A stretch of DNA of 37,291 nt from an uncultured virus (IMG/VR IMGVR_UViG_3300042516_001356). Lineage: Duplodnaviria; Heunggongvirae; Uroviricota; Caudoviricetes. A program made the position numbers and the translations under genes. The notes under the pieces were generated by a model. That model was not told the DNA's origin and made no database searches. It saw only the letters and a program-made list of their open reading frames with translations. Positions 36,124-37,291 of the stretch are shown in pieces. The stretch lies in IMG/VR virus record IMGVR_UViG_3300042516_001356; one strand, 5' to 3'. Every line of letters begins with the position of its first letter. The stretch's first letter is position 1.

Positions 36124-37291
36124 ATTAAAAAGTTGTTTATTAGGTTAAGTTTAATAGCATTATTATTGTTTATGTGGACCTTGCTGTCCCCAACAGAAAA
36201 AGCACATGCTGAAGAGACTGTACAACTAGAGACAACTAACCAACCCATACTAGATACTGCCACCGTGGTAGCCCAAACTATAGAGTCAGCAACTGCTGCT
36301 ATTGCTCAGGCTGAAACTGCCACGGCAGTCATAGAAATCCAAGCAACAGCCATTACAAGCCCTACAGAGACCATTACAGCCACTATCACACAGGCACAGG
36401 ACTCAATATTACAGGCTCAAACAGTAGTAGATAGTGCTACTGTGGCTGTGGCTCAGGTTGATTCTGCTACCGTTTTAGTTGCTGAGGCTGAAGAAAATGT
36501 TGCTATTGCAGAAATAGCGGTAGAGTCTCAAACAGCAGTAGTAGAAGACAAGACATTGGTTTTAGAATCAGCAACAGCAGTGGTTGAGGCTAACACAACT
36601 CCTGGATTAAATGTAACAATATATCATAATCCTGGAACAAACAACATGCCAGCCATGGGTGGAAATGTTGTCTATACTGGTACAGATACAGATGGAATTG
36701 ATGAGCAGTATGGTAGTTCAGGACCAACAGTAAATGGTGCAACTACCACAACAACAGTAACTGAAACATTTGCTGGTAATCGTTTAAATACATCTATTGG
36801 AATCACAGTAAATGGAACCCCTGTTTCTACTGAAAATAATAATAATGTATATATAGGATCAATCGGATTCCCTGGTCCTGGACAAGATCCTTCTCTAACA
36901 CTTATAGGTTCAACTGCAGATACTCTTATAACTATGCCAGCAAACACAACCTCTGCAAGTTTCCAGGTTTTTGCTAAAAATGGTGATCATAATGCCGTAG
37001 TTACATATACTGACGGAACTACAAGTACTTTTAGTATTCAGCATAATGTTAGTCAGGAATACCCAAACTATGTTCATCAAGAAACAATTACTGCACCAAC
37101 AGGAAAAACTATTGCAACAATAAATATTCCTGCCAACTGGGATTATTATGGAGTAGACAATGTGTCTGCTACGAGCCAGGTTACTTCAACAACAACAGTG
37201 GCAGAAGATTTCCAGGTTAAGTGGGAAGGTATTTGGACACCACAAACAACAGGAACACAGTACATAACTGCACCAGCAGATGATGGAGTTC
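36124..37291 (+). CDS. Secreted PA14-domain protein, 3'-truncated, probable ATT start (absent from the ORF track)
   Basis: The frame is open from 36109 to the window end. It encodes signal peptide IKKLFIRLSLIALLLFMWTLLSPTEKAHA, an A/T/V/E-rich stalk, and PA14 motifs GLNVTIY...IDEQYGSSGP...EDFQVKWEGIWTPQTTG...ADDGV. Confidence 0.8.
   Translation, partial: MKKLFIRLSLIALLLFMWTLLSPTEKAHAEETVQLETTNQPILDTATVVAQTIESATAAIAQAETATAVIEIQATAITSPTETITATITQAQDSILQAQTVVDSATVAVAQVDSATVLVAEAEENVAIAEIAVESQTAVVEDKTLVLESATAVVEANTTPGLNVTIYHNPGTNNMPAMGGNVVYTGTDTDGIDEQYGSSGPTVNGATTTTTVTETFAGNRLNTSIGITVNGTPVSTENNNNVYIGSIGFPGPGQDPSLTLIGSTADTLITMPANTTSASFQVFAKNGDHNAVVTYTDGTTSTFSIQHNVSQEYPNYVHQETITAPTGKTIATINIPANWDYYGVDNVSATSQVTSTTTVAEDFQVKWEGIWTPQTTGTQYITAPADDGV

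Noticed and set aside
34484..36947. Minus-strand ORFs opposite the two secreted-protein genes
   Set aside because: Same antisense shadow effect. The + strand frames carry signal peptides and domain motifs.
1..37291. Stop-codon reassignment
   Set aside because: Genes tile densely under the standard code, and TAA, TGA and TAG all end genes at sensible positions.

Overview
The window is a fragment of a large, AT-rich tailed-phage (siphovirus-type) genome, with every real gene on the + strand. Gene content and order resemble large actinobacteriophages, and the host is probably a low-GC freshwater actinobacterium (inference). Order: neck/tail-completion genes, major tail protein, two paralogous tail-assembly chaperones, a 2455-aa tape measure protein and tail-tip genes (1-18.3 kb). 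A replication/recombination block follows (HTH, DnaB, primase, gp32-like SSB, DnaE, RecA-like, Hjc-like resolvase, solo Cas4-like nuclease, RuvC-like; 18.3-29.5 kb). Next come an AT-rich flavin-dependent halogenase gene, small genes and the terminase subunits (29.5-34.4 kb), then two signal-peptide-bearing surface-type proteins, the last missed by the ORF track and running off the window end. Most notable: (1) the G/GT tail-chaperone frameshift appears replaced by a gene duplication with separate promoters; (2) a by-eye scan found no AGCT, CCGG or TCGA in 37 kb; (3) secreted host-surface-like proteins, one with a probable ATT start and a split PA14 domain; (4) a phage halogenase; (5) terminator-plus-promoter cassettes sharing a TTAATT loop. 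No tRNA, rRNA, CRISPR array, intein or integrase was seen. All family calls come from motif recognition, not database searches.
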